64,000 nucleotides of DNA from assembly GCA_965153285.1 (NCBI GenBank), contig OZ229116.1, one strand, 5' to 3'. Shown piece by piece: positions 61,754 to 64,000 of the stretch (within the stretch, counting starts at the first letter, position 1; the number at the start of each line of letters is the position of its first letter). The position numbers were made by a program, and so were the translations under genes. This DNA is from Podarcis tiliguerta (lineage: Eukaryota). Under the pieces are notes generated by a model. The model saw only the letters and a program-made list of their open reading frames with translations, did no database searches and was not told where the DNA came from.

Positions 61754-61799
61754 TAGTAAATGATCTACTTTGCTGTTAATTACATTAATCTGGTCTTTA

Positions 61800-62265
61800 A
61801 GTTGTCAAGTTTGGTGGTTTAGGTGCAGGAAGGGGAGTAGCTGTGCTTCACCCTTGTGAGCGCCTTTAGACAACTTTCAGAGTGATCTGAGACTCTAGGT
61901 GAGATTTGAAGCCAAACTGCTTCATCAGCCTGAAGCTATGGGGAAGTAGAACAACATCGGCCTTCCTACTCATATTCATGGTGTGGCTTGGGAATGGGAT
62001 GCAAGTTGGACAGCTGTGCCTCCAGTTCCTACAGCCAAGGGTTTGGTCGCCCTAAAGGCTGCAGTTTGGTTCAAGTTAAGGTTTGCTGCCACACCAATAA
62101 TGTTTCTCTCTGCAGGGGTTTTATGAGTCTGAATTTTAAATAAAGTGACCCTAATTCAACCCAGCCCCTGAATCTGCCCCCCCCTCTTTTTTTGGCTATC
62201 TGGTTGAATAAAGTTGCAGCTCAAATTTCATCTCAATTGCTGTCCTGGGTCTTCATCCCAGGGGT
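61800..62265 (+). mobile_element. LTR-like or DIRS/Ngaro-like fragment
   Basis: Ends with AATAAAGTTGCAGC, similar to the 3' motif near 55281. Tentative. Confidence 0.3.
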
Positions 62266-63529
62266 ATAGAAGCAATGTAGATATTCAGGAATTAAAAAAG
62301 AAAACAAAAACCAACTGACTCTGTCTAAATTGCAAGTACTGTACTAAGCTAGTGCATAGACTCTAGCACAGAAACAAATATAGAATAAGCTGCAATGAGT
62401 TTGAGACTGATTTTATTGTCATAATCTGTATTAAAGAATCCTAGAAAATCTTCTTTTGGAAAGCATTGTTAGACAGTGCTTTAGAAAACACAATTCACAG
62501 TGTGAATGGGCCTTTTATTTTTTTTTAAAAGTTATTCTTTACTGAATAATTATATTACAATATGGGGGAGGAATCAATGTAATATGGAAAGTGGCTCTAA
62601 TTAATTAAATAATCCAGATGATTATTTCTAAATGTGACAAAGAGTTTAAATGGCAACATCAAGTCAACCTAAATAGGAGGAATGGCATCTAGTTCCAAGC
62701 TACTCAGTCTGATAAAATGCTCACTAACATGAAATCAGCTGTCTATAAACAACTTAAAGTATATTTGGCAGAGGTTAAGCGAAATATATTAATAAGAGTG
62801 CTTGCCAAAGGGAAATCGTGAATGTAGATGTAACTGTAGAACTGGAGCCAGTGTGTTTAATGTAATTATGCTCTGAATCTATACTAATATACTGTATTGC
62901 CCCAAAAGTTTACAGCCATCAGCTTTCATTCTTTTTTAAGCCAGGAAAAACAACAATGTGAAAAAGATTGTGATCTGAGGGCAAATGCCACTAGCCTGTT
63001 AAGCAGTTAAGCAAATCCTCAATATTTACTTTCCCTTTCATTGATACCATTTTCCGACTCACTCATTCCATGATCACATAGCTGTGGGGAAAGGGGGGTA
63101 AATAATGAAAGTACTTTCATTCTCAGAAAACAGAGTAATGAATTTAAAAACCAACTCTGCCTCTAACAGTACAAACAAAATGATATTTTGCTTTAGAGTT
63201 AGTCTGTGGTTTAGCCACAGACCATACATATTACAGATGTCAAACCTTATAATTACCTGGTTTGGGCAATAAATGTCTAAATGTGTAATGCTTGCAGGTG
63301 TGGTGAATCACATGTATTATTCCCTAGATATAAAAGCAGCTCTTCTGTGCAGCTGCCTTTTCAAATGCAGTGAGTAATCAAACAAGTAATCACAGAAACC
63401 TTTGCAGATCTCAGTAGTAGCAGAGAAACATGATGTGCTCATGGTCAAATGCCTGGTCTTGGTTGGAAATAAGAAAGGATGACTGTTTACCAAAACAAAG
63501 AAGGAGGCTTATGCCATTCTCCTGATATA

Positions 63530-64000
63530 CCGTATTTTTCGCCCCATAGGACGCACCGGCCCATAGGACGCACCTAGTTTTTTTTTGGGGGGGGGAAATA
63601 AAGGAAAAAAATTATTTACCCCCCAGGTGCGGGGCTGAGGCGGGGGAAGCCCAAGCTTCCCCTAACCCCAGCCCCCAGAACAGCCTGCGATCCGCAAGCC
63701 ATGGGAGAGCTGCGCAAAGTCGCACAGCTCTCCCACGGCTAGCGTAGAGCTGCGCAAAGCCTGAAGCCTGGGGCGTGCTGAGCTCAGCGTGCCCCAAGCT
63801 TCTGGGTGCCGGCAAGCTCTCCGCTAGCCATGGGAGAGCTGCATGATTTCGCGCAGCTCTCCCATGGCTAGCAGATAGCTTCCTGAAGCCTGGAGAGCGA
63901 GAAGGGTCGGTGCACACTGACCCCCCTCACTCTCCAGGCTTCAGCGAAAGCCTGCATTTGCCCCATAGGCTGCACACACATTTCCCCTTCATTTTTGGAG
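63530..64000. mobile_element. Tc2/pogo-like non-autonomous element with a hairpin-repeat core (runs off the window end)
   Basis: TA plus CCGTATTTTTCGCCCCATAGGACGCAC left TIR. Right subterminal CACACACATTTCCCCTTCATTTTTGGAG parallels 46500-46530. Confidence 0.82.

Overview
Repeat-rich vertebrate non-coding DNA (large intron or intergenic region) from a squamate reptile, most likely a lacertid lizard. The organism call is inferred from the repeat families present: Sauria/Squam1 SINEs, Squam3-type SINEs, Bov-B, CR1 and L2. No host protein-coding gene is recognisable, and almost all listed ORFs are chance ORFs or lie inside repeats. The only long real coding sequence is a young, 5'-truncated Penelope-like retroelement (RT plus GIY-YIG, minus strand, ~24267-26174). 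It is bounded by a perfect 107-bp inverted repeat carrying two hammerhead-ribozyme cores and sits inside a (TA)n tract. Other highlights: (1) a young 760-bp solo LTR with a 5-bp TSD containing an intact 197-codon ORF with NLS and arginine-rich motifs; (2) three SINEs sharing one CR1-derived tail but carrying three different tRNA heads (Lys, Asn, Ile); (3) a Bov-B fragment inserted into the target-site duplication of a Sauria SINE, giving a triplicated target site; (4) many hAT, Tc1/mariner and Harbinger-type MITEs with readable TIRs and TSDs. Family names come from recalled consensus similarity, not from database searches.
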